Assembly (NCBI RefSeq): GCF_009914755.1
Contig: NC_060925.1
DNA from: the human T2T-CHM13v2.0 reference genome, Homo sapiens
DNA length: 64,000 nt
Reading direction: 5' to 3' (one strand)
Notes under the pieces: model-generated
What the model saw: only the letters and a program-made list of their open reading frames with translations
Databases searched by the model: none
What the model was told of the DNA's origin: nothing
Shown here: piece by piece, positions 31,360 through 46,918 of the stretch
Position numbering within the stretch: the stretch's first letter is position 1
Layout of the letters: each line of letters opens with the position of its first letter
Translations under genes and position numbers: made by a program

Positions 31360-31460
31360 AGACTGTGCAATCCCAGATTAACTACAAACAGAGAAGAGCT
31401 GGTGATAGCTCCAGAGCTCAGAGAAAGGAGGTCTCTTTACAAGAAGTCTGGCTCTCAAAG
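31360..31460 (+). other. DDR2: DDR2 upstream alternative first exon (5' UTR); 5' end uncertain
   Basis: Strong donor AAG|GTAAGC at 31460/31461. Sequence recognised from memory as a DDR2 leader joining exon 2 (CTCTCAAAG-CCTCCATCAAG). The TSS cannot be determined from sequence. Confidence 0.65.
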
Positions 31461-32099
31461 GTAAGCTCGGTCTTCTTGACCTGCCTTTTGCCATCTACCT
31501 CTCTCTTTGGATCTCCTGCCCCTGGGTCCCTGCTTGCCCTGCATTCTCCATACTCACGGAGAATCAGGACCTCCAGAACAGCCCAGCGTGGGCTTGGTCA
31601 GGAATGATCCAGGCTCTGAAGGGTTAAGGCTGGAGCCTGGATGGATGGAGAGGGTTATTAGTTATCGTTTGGAGAGTGGAGTGAAGGCTCCTCCCCTGTT
31701 GCCTACCCGCCCCTTTCACATGATCTCTGACTATAGCTGTGGAAGCGGGGAGAAGATAAAGGAGGGAAAAAAAAGTTCACAAAATAATTTAGAAAGTCCT
31801 TATAAATGCTTGTGTTTTCATTTAGCAGCATGAATCCAGGACAGCAACAGACCCTCAGAGGCAGCAGCCAACTGGGAATTGAGTGGAAAAAAATAGGAAT
31901 CCTGGATTCTGGCAGTTTCCAGTTGTTTTCTTGGTGGGGGGAGCCGTGGTGGGAAGGGATTAAATCAAATCTTTCGGGGGAGAGCTCAGCTCTAGGCTTT
32001 CATGGTCAAAATACTAAAGGTCAGCTCCGCGTGTGTGCCCCAACTGTCCTGGAAGCTTCAATTGGAAAACTCCAAACTTTAAGTTTTGCTTATAGCTTC

Positions 32100-32450
32100 A
32101 GCTCAAGTAAGAAAAATGAGGTGTGGGGTAGGCGGCGGGGGGGTGGGGATCACAGGAAGGGGATCAAGTCTTAGATGGAGGGGAAGGAAGTGGAGATGGA
32201 TATGGGTGGGAATAAGGCAGAAGGGAGCGGTGTCTTTAAGTCTGTCCTATGGTTATACATATTTTTTCTTCTATGAATGGGTTTTGCTGTAAATTATAGC
32301 TTTGCCCATAGTCCCTTGGGTCAAAAGAAATAGTCTCCAAACAGAAAACAGCTCTGATTGGTGACTTTCCTTCTTCCCTCCCCAACCCCCTTCCTAATTG
32401 AAACCAAATGTGCAATATATTGGATGCTGGGATCCCTGGCGCTTTCCCAG
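32100..32450 (+). promoter_or_regulatory. DDR2: DDR2 main proximal promoter (CpG-poor)
   Basis: Inverted CCAAT box CTGATTGG (32354-32361), C-rich Sp/KLF-like CCCTCCCCAACCCC, and a G-rich tract at 32125-32162, directly upstream of the main first exon. Confidence 0.65.
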
Positions 32451-32644
32451 GAATCCTCAGAATGTGAGGTTTCTCTCAAAGGCATCTTGCATCAGCCTGT
32501 GGATGTATGCCTACCACCGGGCTCCTTCACCAGCAAAGTGGAAAAAGAAGCGTTTCACAACAAATTCTTCTTTTTGGGTTGGGGAAACGCAGTGGATTAT
32601 AGCTCTGTTTTCTTCTTTCCAAAACTGTGCACCCCTGGATGAAA
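32451..32644 (+). other. DDR2: DDR2 main first exon (5' UTR); TSS approximate
   Basis: Donor AAA|GTAAGT at 32644/32645. Recognised from memory as the DDR2 mRNA leader (...CCCCTGGATGAAA|CCTCCATCAAGGG...). Confidence 0.8.
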
Positions 32645-33819
32645 GTAAGTTATGTGGGTCTTTTTTCTTTATTATTTTTTCTTTTTTGAAAATGAAAGCT
32701 CCGCATATACTTCTTTTGGTGTTTCAGGAAAAGTTTTAAAAAGGAAACAGAAGGGCGTTTTAAGTCAGACAAGGAAGGGAACGTAATGAGGCACCACAGA
32801 CTCGAGAAATCAGATCCCATGTTTTTGGGGGTCTGGATTTATGCTATGAAGGGAAGAATAAAGAGCAGTAATAACCAAAGAAGCCTGAAGCAAAATAAAT
32901 GAATCTATAGCAGCTGCAAGATACAATAAACAGTGTTAGCAGAGTTGAAATTGTTGGCAGGCAAGACAGGCCGATTGCAGAGTTAGTTTCAGGATGAAGA
33001 AGGCAGAGCAGGAGAGCTAAGTTTTTAGACATTTAGTAGTGGTGTTAGAAGGTCCTGAGTTTTGGAGATAGTGTAGACCAAGCACTTTTTGTTTTTCAGG
33101 GGAGTTGCTGATTTACTTGTGAGAAGGGTAACTTTGGATGAGGGGTGGCTTCCCCCTGAGATTTGGGGTGGCTAGGGGGAGGCTGGGTGCATGGAAGATT
33201 TTTCAGTTGTGACAGTGAAATACAGCTTCCCAGACTCATCTCCTCGCTGGCTCTGGGTGCCTTTCCCTTTGTTATGGAATGACTGGGGCTGTTTTCATTT
33301 GGGACCTCTGAGTCCTGGCCTAGGTTCAAGAGTCCCATCCAAAGGGAAAGAGAACTGTTCCCAGTGGCTGAAACTCTCAGACCAGCCATTTGAGGCAAGA
33401 GTTCGTACTGTTCAAGCCAGTAGGGGGTTCAGCACCATTTTGCCGATCATTGGCTTCCTACAACACAGAGTTAAGAGTCCTGAAAAGGGCCTTAGGCCTC
33501 TCATCTAACCCCTTCGCTCCACAGATGTAAAAAATGATAGGAAGGGGACCGACCTGTTCAAGTCCCACAGCACATCTGTAGTGGAGCTGAAAATGAAATT
33601 GAGATTCTCTCTACTGCTAGTCCAGTGTTCTTTCCACTCCATACCTCTGCTTTCATTTCCTTTTTAAGGCTTATTCTGGCTGAGACAATAGAGGCAGTAT
33701 GATGAGCAAGTCACCACAAGGACGTTAATTATCAGTAATAGAGAGGACGCCAATGGCGGCTCATCAGCTAATGATGTCTATGGTTATATTTGTGTGTGTG
33801 TGTAAAATAAAAAGAAGCT

Positions 33820-34050
33820 AAATTCTGAGTATTTTCTATGCAGCAGGCTCAAAATAATACATAATTCATGCTCAGAGCTCTTCATACATAATTTGATTGA
33901 CTCTCACAGCTATGTAAGGCATTATTTCTATCGTACATGTAAGGACATTAATGCTTAGAGAAGCGAAATGAGTTGCTCAAGGAAAGGTAGCTAATACATT
34001 TGAAACTCATGTATATCTGACTCTAAAACCTATGCTTGGAATCACTATTC
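33820..34050 (-). mobile_element. MIR
   Basis: CTTAGAGAAGCGAAATGAGTTGCTCAAGG...ATTTGAAACTCA...TCTGACTCTAAA. Confidence 0.65.
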
Positions 34051-35714
34051 AATGATACTCCCCTCATCTCCCTTGCATTTGGTTACTTTTGGGGTCAAAT
34101 TCCATATTTCACTGGCTGATCAGGAGGTGAAGGTGTCAGGCTATGGGAGCAGTATGGATTCTCTCTCAGAGGCCACTTCTGCACTTGGCTGAACATTTGT
34201 CTGGATATCAGATGTGGGGTTGATTTCTGGGTCTTTGGTATATACTTACCTTTGTTATGCAAAGAGCCTGGGACTTAGAGTCAGAAGATTCAGGATAAGT
34301 TCTGGCTCTACCTTTTACTACTTAGCAAAGTTGCTTTGCCTTTCTGCACCTTGACTTCTGTATTTATTATATGGGAACAATTGCAGTACCTTTCAGTGTG
34401 ATTGCTGCAAGAGGTATTGGACATGCATGCATGCTGAAGGCTATCAAGGGCTTACCCATATCAGCTCTTTCGATTAGGATCGGTAAACACAGAACGTCAT
34501 ATGAGGCAGCCCCTGTGGTGCTGGGTCTGGCAGTTGGTGCTGATGCTGGCAGGAGGGCAGATGGATTTGGATGTGTGTGAAACTCTGAAATGGGTGGCCT
34601 CAGTCTTAGTGCCCATCTCCTTTGAATGGAAGCAGGCCTTCCTCCCTCCCGGGGGAATATTCCTGAGGGCTCTGTCTTAAATTCTGTCTCTTAAATTCTC
34701 CTCCACTGGCCTGGTTTGATATGATTCCTTGCCCAAAGCAGTGCAGGCTGAAGGACACTGTGCTTGGTGAAGCATCCCCTGTCTCTGAAAAGGAAGTGTT
34801 TAGTCAGGACCAGTCCCCTGATTGCTCCTCAGACAAGACTGACATTTGAGGAGCTTCGTATCTAGCTGAGGGCAGATCCTTGACCCAGGACCTTCTTGTC
34901 ACTGGCAGGCACATCTCCCTTCATCCTTTCCCTGGCATTCCCTATTCTGTGCCTGCAGTCAGAAGGGAGGCTGCTGCTCCTGGGGTGGGGGTGGAGAGCC
35001 AGCCTGCAGTGGGGAGGCCTCAGCCTCTGTTTCTGGGTAAGATCCATTTGCTTTAGAAACCTTAAATGTAAGGGAAGTGGGTAAGGTGTTTCCGGAATGC
35101 CTTTCACTTAGATTCCTCAACAGAGTCTCCATGTCCAAGCACAGGACCTTATCACCTGCTTATTCTCCCCTAGCCACTCTGTGAACTCGCACTTTTCTTT
35201 CCTTCTTGTATAATTGCTCCCCAGTCTTGAAGTCATCTGAATTCTCTATCACACACAGTGAATTTACTTCAAACCTTTCCATGTATTTGCATTTTTAATA
35301 GACACATGAAAAAATTGGAGCGGCCACCCCCCATACATTCATGTCACACCATTTTCAATTCGCATGAGCTCTCAGATATCCTTCCCAAGCTCCCTTACAA
35401 GATCTGCTTTCAGGCACTTCACATCACCCTCACCTCAAACACACAATCCAAACACATGTCTCGCAGGCATCCAAAAAGCAAACACACGTCTAAAAGTGGA
35501 CCTCCACAGACATGCTAACATTCTTGTGCCAGCTCACATAAATGGTGACCTGTCCGCAACACAGACACACTGGACTCTTTATACCTCTTGCCCTGTTTGA
35601 AGCTGTGCAACATATGAATTGATCGACTCTGTCCCAACAATGACTAGTCAGTCCAGAAATGTGTCCAGCATCCCCAGGCATCCCAGGGCTTCTCTGAATG
35701 CAGCAACCATCCAT

Positions 35715-35872
35715 AATGAGGACTGTTCACCAGGAAATTAGAAACCCCAGGTAGACCTTAAAAGATTTTCAGACCAATCAAATCAGAATATCTGAGGTTG
35801 GAGATTGGGAATCAGTACTTTGAACTGCTCCCCAGGTGATTCTGATGTGAAACAGAATTAAGTACCTCTGCT
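35715..35872. mobile_element. MER5-like hAT element
   Basis: CAGACCAATCAAATCAGAATATCTG...GCTCCCCAGGTGATTCTGATG. Confidence 0.65.
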
Positions 35873-37968
35873 GATAAATCTCCAACTGTGTTGTCTTTGG
35901 CAATTCAATTTTATTCCATTTGATTTAGTTCTATTCATCAAAGATTTAGTAACACTGTGCTAATAACATAGTTTAGTAAAGAAGCTGAGATGTCCAGATA
36001 CCTGTCAAGGATATTTATTGGAGCATCAATCACCTCGTGTCTAAAGTGATGATCTCTGTAAATTTTTCTCTCTTTTAATTATATTTGTATATGTTTAAAT
36101 GTGCTATTATTAAGCCTGCATTATTCATGTACGATTTGGCTAAAAATGGTTCTCTTATTTTCTAATTGTTTTGCATAGATATATTTGATGTTTCCTAATT
36201 TTATAAACCCCAGCATTTGGCAAATTGTGTACTTATTAGCTGGAATCTTACTTTGGCTTTGAAATGCTGAAGAAGGTCAGTTTTGAGCCAGCCCAAGAGT
36301 TGCTAAGGCCTGGAAGGGCAATGCAAAGGTAGAGGAATTCTAAACATGGGTTTGGACTCACTACACAGCTCCTGAGTTTAGCTGGGCTTCTCCTGGAAAT
36401 TGGATATTGTCTGTAATGGATCCACTCATTAAGTCGTCTGTGGCTTGTGATTTGTGCCTAAAAGAACCCCACAAAAATCTGTGAGGGGCCCTTTGGATCT
36501 ATAGCTCCGAGGTTAGTGCTGGCTGGTGCTCTGTAGTGTGAGTGAGAGGGAGAGGGCATGTGATAAATAGAACTTCAGATGCGTGATGTAGTGAAAAGAA
36601 CATGTAGTGAGGCTCTAGTCCCACCACCATCATTTTCTAGGGTTTCGACCTCAGAGGAGTTTTTTAACTTCATTGGTCCTCAATTTCCCCTTGAGTTTTT
36701 ATCCCCTTCATTTGAGTTTAGATAAGATAATGTATAGGAAACTGGAAAGCACTGTACCTGTGAAGATGGTAGGTAATGCAAGATAATCCTTAGGGCCTTA
36801 ATAGCTTAGGTAGCCAAAATAATTGAGATGGGAGATGGATTAAAAATGAGGGCAAATAATCTAGCATTTTTGCATTTTTTCCTTTTAAAATTTGAATGCT
36901 CTTATGAATCCAAAAAAACATGAAACAATACAAATCTCAGTGAACTCTCATGTCTAAGATAGTTTTCCACTGATTTTATTTTTCTCTTGAATAGTGGTGA
37001 TTTAAAAAAAAATCGCAGGTATATTTTTTATCTATTAAAAATATCATAGCATCCTGGTAAACTCTGTCATAATTTTGTTTTGCTGTATTTATTTATTTAC
37101 TCCTCAGTAAGTAGTTATTGGATGCCTAGTCTCTCCTGGACACTGTTCTATGTTTTATGATGAACAAACCCCATGAAGTTACAAGCATTTATAAGCATTC
37201 ATTGCTTTAGGTTCTAGGGAGTATAATATGAATTTGACTGTGTGAAACTTGATTTAGAAAATTGGTATCCACATTGGGTTAATAAAATTTAGTTTTTAAA
37301 GTTTACTGAACTGTAATTTAAAAATAATACAGAAATAGTTATTAAATGGTGATTTTCAGTGGAGCAGGTGTTATGCCATAAATAGGACCCCAAATTTTAT
37401 ATTTTTTATAATTTTTAAAAATTATAGAGCAACTTTAGCTTTACAGAAAAACTGAGAACAAAATGCAGAGTTCTCATGAATTCCTTCTACCCTTTGCACA
37501 ATTTCTCTATTATTACAACCTTGTATTAGTATTATGTTTTATTTGCTATCAGTTACTCAATGTGTATTTATTAAACATAACAAAATAATAAATAAATTTA
37601 TTATTTATGCCCTATTTGTTATTATGAAAAGAATACATCATATTGCTGCCTCTCAAGCTGTTTATAATGTTATGTAGCTACAGTTTGAGGTTTCTCATTT
37701 ATTAGAAAAATTTTTTTTCTGTGCACTTAGTGCATGCCTTATTCAGTGCTAGGGCTTAACACATTATCTGGACATAGTAGACATTTAATAAAATATCTGC
37801 TGAGTATACAGACAAATGAAATGAAGGATCCAGAAGTAAAAGACGCAATTCTTGTCCTTAGGAACTTAGGAAACAACAGACACACATAGCAGTGACTGGA
37901 GAAAATTTCAGAAATACATAAAATATGATTAAATCTCTGATAAAGGAGACATTGGTGTAGGCAAATGA

Positions 37969-38432
<464 letters not shown>

Positions 38433-38961
38433 TAAAGAACAAACTCCCATATCCCCATGGTAAGGTTGGAGAAGTGCGTGCAAGTGTGTCTATGTGTGTT
38501 TTTGGCAATTTTAAAGTACAGTCACACCAATATATGCCACTTCCATTTCTTGCTGGAAGTAAAATGAGTGACTACTTGGGCTTTGTAAAAGAAAATCGCA
38601 CTTTGGAAGTCCTTGTGGGAGCCATACCAAAATGCCTTGCAGTACTGTAACTTCTCAGAGGCATGTAAAAGTTAGAGGATTGGTGAAGTTTTCAAAAGCT
38701 ACTGGCACTTGTCCTTCAGGATGAACCCTCTTGAGATGCAGGGGAGCAAATTGACCTCAATAAGAGAGTAGTGGGAGCTAAATTCACTCAAGAATAGCAA
38801 TCTGTTCCTCAGACAGATGCAGTTGTAATTTTAGAATGTGTACATAACAGACAGTTTAAAATGGACATAATAACGCTAAAATAGTATCAATGGAAATTAA
38901 AAATAAGTCCTAATCCCAACCAAAATTCTAGCAAGTTGTTTTGTGGATATCAACGAACTGA

Positions 38962-39143
<182 letters not shown>

Positions 39144-39734
39144 TCAACCAGCTGATTCTAAAGTTTATATAGACAGTTAAAAGACCAGATTAGCTACTGC
39201 AATATTGAATGAGAACAAAGTCAAAGGACTGACAGTACCTGACTTCAAGGCTTACTGTAAAGCTCTGGTAATCAATACATTGTGGTACTGGTGAAAAAAT
39301 AAACAAATAGATCAAGAAAACAGAATAGAGAGCCCAGATAGACCCATATAATGTAGCCAACTGTTCTTTGACAAAGGAGCAAAGGCAATCTGATGGAGAA
39401 AAGGTAGTATTTTCAACAAATGGTGCTGGAACAATTGGACATCCACATGCAAAAATAATGAATCTTAGGTATAAACCTTACATCCTTCACAAAAGCAACT
39501 CAAAGTGGATCATAGACCAAAATGTAAATGCAAAACAATGAAACTCATAGAAAATAACATAGGAAAAAATCTCAGTAATCTTGGATATTGTGATGACTTT
39601 TTAGTTACAGCACCAAAGGCACTATCTGTGAAAGAAATCCCTGATTAGCTGGACTTCATTAAAATTGTAAACTTCCACTCTGTGAAAGACAATGTCAAGA
39701 GAATGAGAATACAAACCACAGGTTGAGAAAAATA

Positions 39735-39838
39735 CAGATGGTGCTGACTTAAAACGGTTCAACTTACGATTTTTCAACTTTACGACAGTGCAAAAGTGAT
39801 ACTCATTCAGTAGAAATAGTACTTCGAATTCTGAATTT
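39735..39838. mobile_element. MER47/Tigger5-type fragment (TcMar)
   Basis: TA|CAGATGGTGCTGACTTA...ACTTACGATTTTTCAACTTTACGA...CATTCAGTAGAAA...GTACTTCGAATT. Confidence 0.75.
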
Positions 39839-40057
39839 CATTGGACAAAACTATGGAAACAGTAAAAACTATTCGTAGTTGCCAGGAATTAGGGGTGAGG
39901 GAGGGATAAATTGAACACAGAGGATTTTTAGGGTAGTGAAACTGTTCTGTGGTTACTACAATGGTGGATGTATGTCATTATACCTTTGTCAAAACCCATA
40001 GAATGTACAACACTGAGAGTGAACCCTAAGACAAACAATGTACTTTGGGTGAAATGA

Positions 40058-40351
<294 letters not shown>

Positions 40352-40869
40352 TGAAAATGATGTGTTGATATCACAGACCATTAGGTTTATTGATAGGCTT
40401 ATTGATTGTAATAAATGTGCCAATGTCGTGAGGGATGTCAATAGTGAGGGAGGTTTTGTAGCAGAGGACAAGGGTGTATATGGGAACAATCTGTACTTTC
40501 TGCTTAATTTTGCTGTGAACCTACAACTGCTTTAAAAAGAATTAAAGTTTAATTTAAAAAATCTGCCCAATCTCCAAATTCTAATACTTTGATTCCATCT
40601 TGGCTACTTCTTTCTTATTTGAAGGCAGTCATTGTAATATAGTTATAATCATGAGCATCTGTATTTTAAAATGCTTAATTTTGTTTTTCAGATAAGTACC
40701 CTAAACTTAAATGATATTATTTTATTTATTAAAGCTACCTGAGGCAGAAATGTTTCAAAATCTTGAAAAAGACTAATTCAATAGGTTAATAGCAGATAAG
40801 TAGGTATTTTTGTGTCATACTCTTCAAATTATAATAACTATCACTTAAAGAATAGTCATTTTTGTTCGT

Positions 40870-41066
40870 TTGTGATCCTTCCACCTCAGCCCCTCGACTA
40901 GCTGGGACTATATGTGCGTACTACCACACCTGGCTAACTGTTGTTTTTTGTAGAGATGAGGTTTCACTATGTTCTTCAGGCAGGTCTCAAACTCCTGGGC
41001 TCAAGCAATCCTCCCACCTTGGCTTCTCAAAATGCTAGTATTACAAACATGAGCCACTGGACCCAC
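40870..41066 (-). mobile_element. Partial AluJ
   Basis: CTCCTGGGCTCAAGCAATCCTCCCACCTTGG. Confidence 0.85.
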
Positions 41067-41898
41067 CCTCATTGAGCTGTTTTAACTACAACTTGGTATG
41101 GTAGAAAGAGTGATGGGCCAAGGGTTAATAGGGTGAGATTCTAATTTTAACTTTGCCACCTACAAGCAGTGGGACTTTGTGCAACAATGTTTTAAATCTT
41201 TCTGCATTTAAATTTTTCTCATCTGTAAAGGGCAATATACAATTTCTGTATTCTCCAGTTCAGTTATGCTAATCGCTGTCCCGTCAGCACCCACATCCCC
41301 ATATTCACTTTCACAGATAAGACTTGAGTCGCTATGATCTTCACCCTAGTTGTCACCCTGTCCCCATACTCTCTGAATATGCTCCTCTCTCCTCTCATTT
41401 TAGCCAAATACCACTCTTCTTTGAAGGCCAGCTTAAGTTTCAGATCCTCCATCCATCCCAGATCTTCTTGGAATCCCTAGTTCTTTTGGTCAGTATCACT
41501 TAGTTTAGCAAAGACCATGTCTTAGGTGATTGCTCTAACTCACCTTATAGCATTAACCCATAAGTGAGTACTTACTGAACTCTCACTGTATATTAGATTA
41601 AGGGCTTATTTTATATGCCTGGCACAGTTCTTATTTGTTGTTGGAAAAATTTTTAGAGGGCAGTAATTGAAATGTCATATACTATAGTCTTTGAGGATGG
41701 AAAAGAGCTCAGTAAGTTTCTATTAATTGGTTATGCCGTTAAGATCAGCATCTAAAGAGAGCTAGGTCATGGAAAAAATGGCCTAAGTACTGGACTTACT
41801 ATCAGAAGTACTGGACTTAAATTTTAATTCTTATGATTTGTGAACATTGTAGAAATATACTAATGTCTTTGTGAGTACAGATAAGGAGGAACAGATAA

Positions 41899-42601
<703 letters not shown>

Positions 42602-43494
42602 TGTTTTATTTTATTTTAACAACAAATAGAAGGTGGTTATTCCAGGAGGGTTTCAGAATACTACCCCAGATTTGGTTTCTCCTGGTTTGACTACAGGCAG
42701 TGCTGGTGTCTTTCTCTTGATCATACTCCTTTCCTCATGGGTGTGTTCAGTCCTCTGATGATAGAAGTGCTTACCTTTATTTAACCTTTCCCTCTCTCAC
42801 TGAGTGTTCTCTCTTTCCTGAAATACTTTTCATTTGTTAAAGCTTTTAAGAAATTCTTATTTGAACATTCAGTGTTATGTAAAAAACAAATTAACTGCTG
42901 CTTAATATCATGTTTGGAGGTGAAAAATTTTCTAAGCCTTTTGCTTAGCCATTTATTACCAAAGGGGTATCAAGCTTGGATGTCAAGCTAGGATGTAAAT
43001 TCTAGACCTATACAATTCCTTCAAGGGCGGCTGAAAAGTTGCTTTCTAATCCTTTTGCTATATTTTGGTGGCAAGCTTTGTTTTCACAGTTTAAAGAGGA
43101 TTGATGGTTTTCCTATTGTCTTTCCTTCACAACTTTCTGAAGTTCACTTGCCTGTTTCATTTTCATGACTTAAGGTACCAGCTTCTTCTGCCCCTCTCCT
43201 AGATCCACCAGCGCCCCCCATGCTCCAGAAAAATTGAGCTACACTGTGCCTTTCCCTGAGCTGTAGAAAGTTCCACCTCTAGGTTTCCAGGTGCTTCTGA
43301 TCATCATTTTTCAATGGATTGAGTTGCCAACATCTACAAAATATATTCTAACAAAGATGCTCAGAATGTCTGGTGTTGACCTATCTATACAGGTAAACTT
43401 CAATGACTCTGCATTTCCCTTTCACTGCTGACCTCATGCCTTTTGCAGAAGTAATATAGGAAAGAAGAGCATTGAAATAGGGCAGAAGATCTAA

Positions 43495-43793
43495 TTTTCT
43501 TTTTCTTTCTTGAGATGGAGTCTCGCTCTGTCACCCAGGCTGGAGTGCAGAGGCTCGGTCTTGGCTCACTGTAACTCCGCCTCCCCGGCTCAGGTGATTC
43601 TCCTGCCTCAGCCTTCCGAGTAGCTGGGATTACAGGCACCCACCACCATGCCCAGCTAATTTTTGTATTTTTAGTAGAGACGAAGCTTTGCCCTGTTGGC
43701 CAGTCTGGTCTCGAACTCCTGACCTCAGGTGATCCACCTGCCTCGGCCTCCCAAAGTGCTGGGATTACAGGTGTGAGCCACTGCACCCGGCCA
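43495..43793 (-). mobile_element. AluSx-like
   Basis: TSD AGAAGATCTAATTTTCT on both sides. Confidence 0.95.
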
Positions 43794-44614
43794 GAAGATC
43801 TAATTTTCTAACTTACAATGTACTCGAATATTGAAAGGAATTTCATATTTTTAGAACTAAGCCCTCATTGGGGTTGGGTACGGTTAGGGCAAGGAGAAGC
43901 CTGGGAAGGAGTTCTTGGGTAGTTAAATTGGAAAAAGAGAGTCTGGCACATTCAGAATGGCTCCATATTTGTTACCCGCAGACTGTACATAAGAAATGAG
44001 ACCTGGCTATTAAGAGATATGATGCCTGTGAAAACCCTGGATACACTTGCAACTTGCTTTTTCCCAAGTGTTTAGGACTCTAGTAGGGACACCTCCAGTT
44101 CCTTTTGGAAATAAGCTAATATTTGGTTTCCAAAAATGTATTGAAGTAGTCTTAATGAGACAAATAGAAAATAGAAATTTGATTGAATGTTCTTACATTC
44201 TTAAAAATGCTACTTTTTAGCATTTTTAAAAATAATGAAGTACATGTTGGGGTGGGAGTGGAGAAGAGACTGTAATATTTCTGTATCTGAAGCCTCCATA
44301 AGGTCTTAATCCAGCCCTCCATAGGAACATAAGCCATAATTGTCATCTACAACTTGTTCCTAAATTTACTCAGCTACAGTTTCTCAGAGCTATTGAGGGA
44401 AGTACTACGATGCTATTTAAAAATACTTTCAAATCCATCCTTATGATGATGAAGTTATTATAGTTACAAATGCATGATTCAGCAATAGGCATTAGGAAAA
44501 CATATCCACCAGACAGCCTGATGATCATGGTGTATGACACTTTCTTCTGAATACATGAGGGTTAGATGAAAGTGGTGACAAACGATTGAGATATCTAGAT
44601 CCACATTATTTACC

Positions 44615-44928
<314 letters not shown>

Positions 44929-46719
44929 TAAATACATAGCTTTAAGTGTAGAGTAAATGGTGTCTCACTTGCAAAGAAGAGGATCTCTTGGTCCTCTCCT
45001 TTCCCCAACCCCAAATAATGGCTTTGCTATTGGCAATGTAAGGTGGGTCGGAAAGTTTGTGAAGCAATGGCCAAGGGCCTTATGGAACAGGCATACTGCA
45101 GGGGTGGCGTGGTCATAAGTTGCTGATGAAGCAGATTCTCTGTCACTCATGCCTGGTGAACAGGCGGGGACTCCCTTCTTCAAGAGAGACAGGTGATGAT
45201 AGAAGAGTAGACAGCCCTGAACAAACCTTTCCTCAGGATTGTCCCTTTTGGTATTACTCAGACCTGAATAATACATGGACATGTTTTATAGGGAATTTTT
45301 TTTCAGCTTTTTGGGTGATCTATTATTAGGATCTTATTAAAATATGTATAATTTTAAAACTAGGTATACACTTCTTATGCTTATAGTTCTTATGCAACTA
45401 TAGAGCCAAAACAAATTAATAAATGAAATCAACTATATCTGAGCAGACCTCAGGATTTGAGAGAGAGAGAGAAAAAGAAATCAAATATAACTATGAAACC
45501 CAATAAAATTTAAATTATTTTAATGTGATAGATAATGTGGTTTTGTTGAAACTAATCACTAGTGTGGAACTTAAAGATAGACACAGTAGAACCATGTATC
45601 CTCAGGGTCTGGTCTATGTTTAAATCTGTTATTTAAATGTATTAATTTCATGCAAAGCATGCCTGTTAGTGTAAGTATGTTGAACAAATTGTTATTAATA
45701 GCTTTGAGGGTTCATAAGTTCAGGAAAATAAGATCTTAACCCAAACTCTGTAGTAAGCAATCATCGAATGTCAGTTTCTATGAGGTGTCATTTGATAATT
45801 TTTTAAATTGTTTACTCACTTGAAGATAGGGTTAGCATTGTGTTGATATTAAAATTGGTACTAAATGGATATCTAATGCATTTACTAACAGAATCAGGGA
45901 CAGAACCATTCTTCTTTGTGTGTTTATGCCTCAAGTTTCTGCTTATAAGCTGGTATGTGTTAGTATGTAAAAAGCCAAAGTCCCCATAGCACATCTGCTC
46001 ACAGCGTGAAGATGGCATCGAATCCTATGGCTGAGTAGATTGAACTGCCTCATGCCATGCAACGACTCAGTTTTCCCAACATTTCCTCTATGTCCAGATT
46101 GATCCTTGACTTCATCTGGCTTTCACTGGGCATTTGTGCAATTGTAAACACCAATGAAAAGCCAGGCAGTGAAATTGCATGATGGTTACTGCTTGTATTA
46201 AAATGTTAAATTATAATCGAAGACAGAAAATTTTTTAAATCCTAGAACTCTTGTGGACTGCAAGATATTTATCCTTTGAGACAAACTGCTTTAAAATTAA
46301 ATTTGGGCTCCACGGTTCTCAGGAAAACTTTTCTCATTTGTGGTCTTTCCTTTAAGTTCCATTAATAATTAAAAATGACAATTGTGAGGACTTCTGAGTA
46401 ATGAGTGTTTATTATGCTCTAAAATTTAAGATAAGCACTTTACATATGTAATCTCATGAAAACCTTGTAATTGGTGTGAGGTGAGTGCTTTGGCTATTTT
46501 ACATGTGAGGACACATGACACCAAGAAAAGGTCAATCACATGACAAGTAAGTGGCAGCAGCGGAATTTGAACCTATATCTTTCTCATTGCAACGCCCAAG
46601 CCTTACACACTAAAGCCTCTTCTTATGTCTCCATTTCACATTGTGAAAACCTGTTTAACTGCAACTAGGAACCAGTGCTCTACAATTATCCTCTTACATT
46701 CCTGTCTTTTCCATTGGGC

Positions 46720-46918
46720 CAGTGGGTCTCAATCTTTAATATGCATCAGAATCACCTGGAGTGCTTTTTGAAAAATGCAGGTCCCAGATGCCACTCCGAA
46801 TTTACTGAATAAGAAATTGTCTGTGCAAATGTCCAGGGGGCCTGAATCTTTTAAAACAACCTCCCTCAGGTGATTCTGTTGCAGGTGTCTGTCTGATCAC
46901 ATTTTGTGTAAAACTGCA
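46720..46918. mobile_element. MER5-like hAT element
   Basis: CAGTGGGTCTCAA...GCATCAGAATCACCTGGAG...CCCTCAGGTGATTCTG...AAACTG. Confidence 0.7.

Noticed and set aside
31418-32482. Short similarity between the two first exons (CTCAGA...GAGGT...; shared CTCTCAAAGG)
   Set aside because: Too short to support duplication; compatible with chance.
34371-34580. 69-aa ATG ORF with an Ala/Gly-rich, protein-like look
   Set aside because: It starts inside a MIR-like remnant, and has no family resemblance or splice context.
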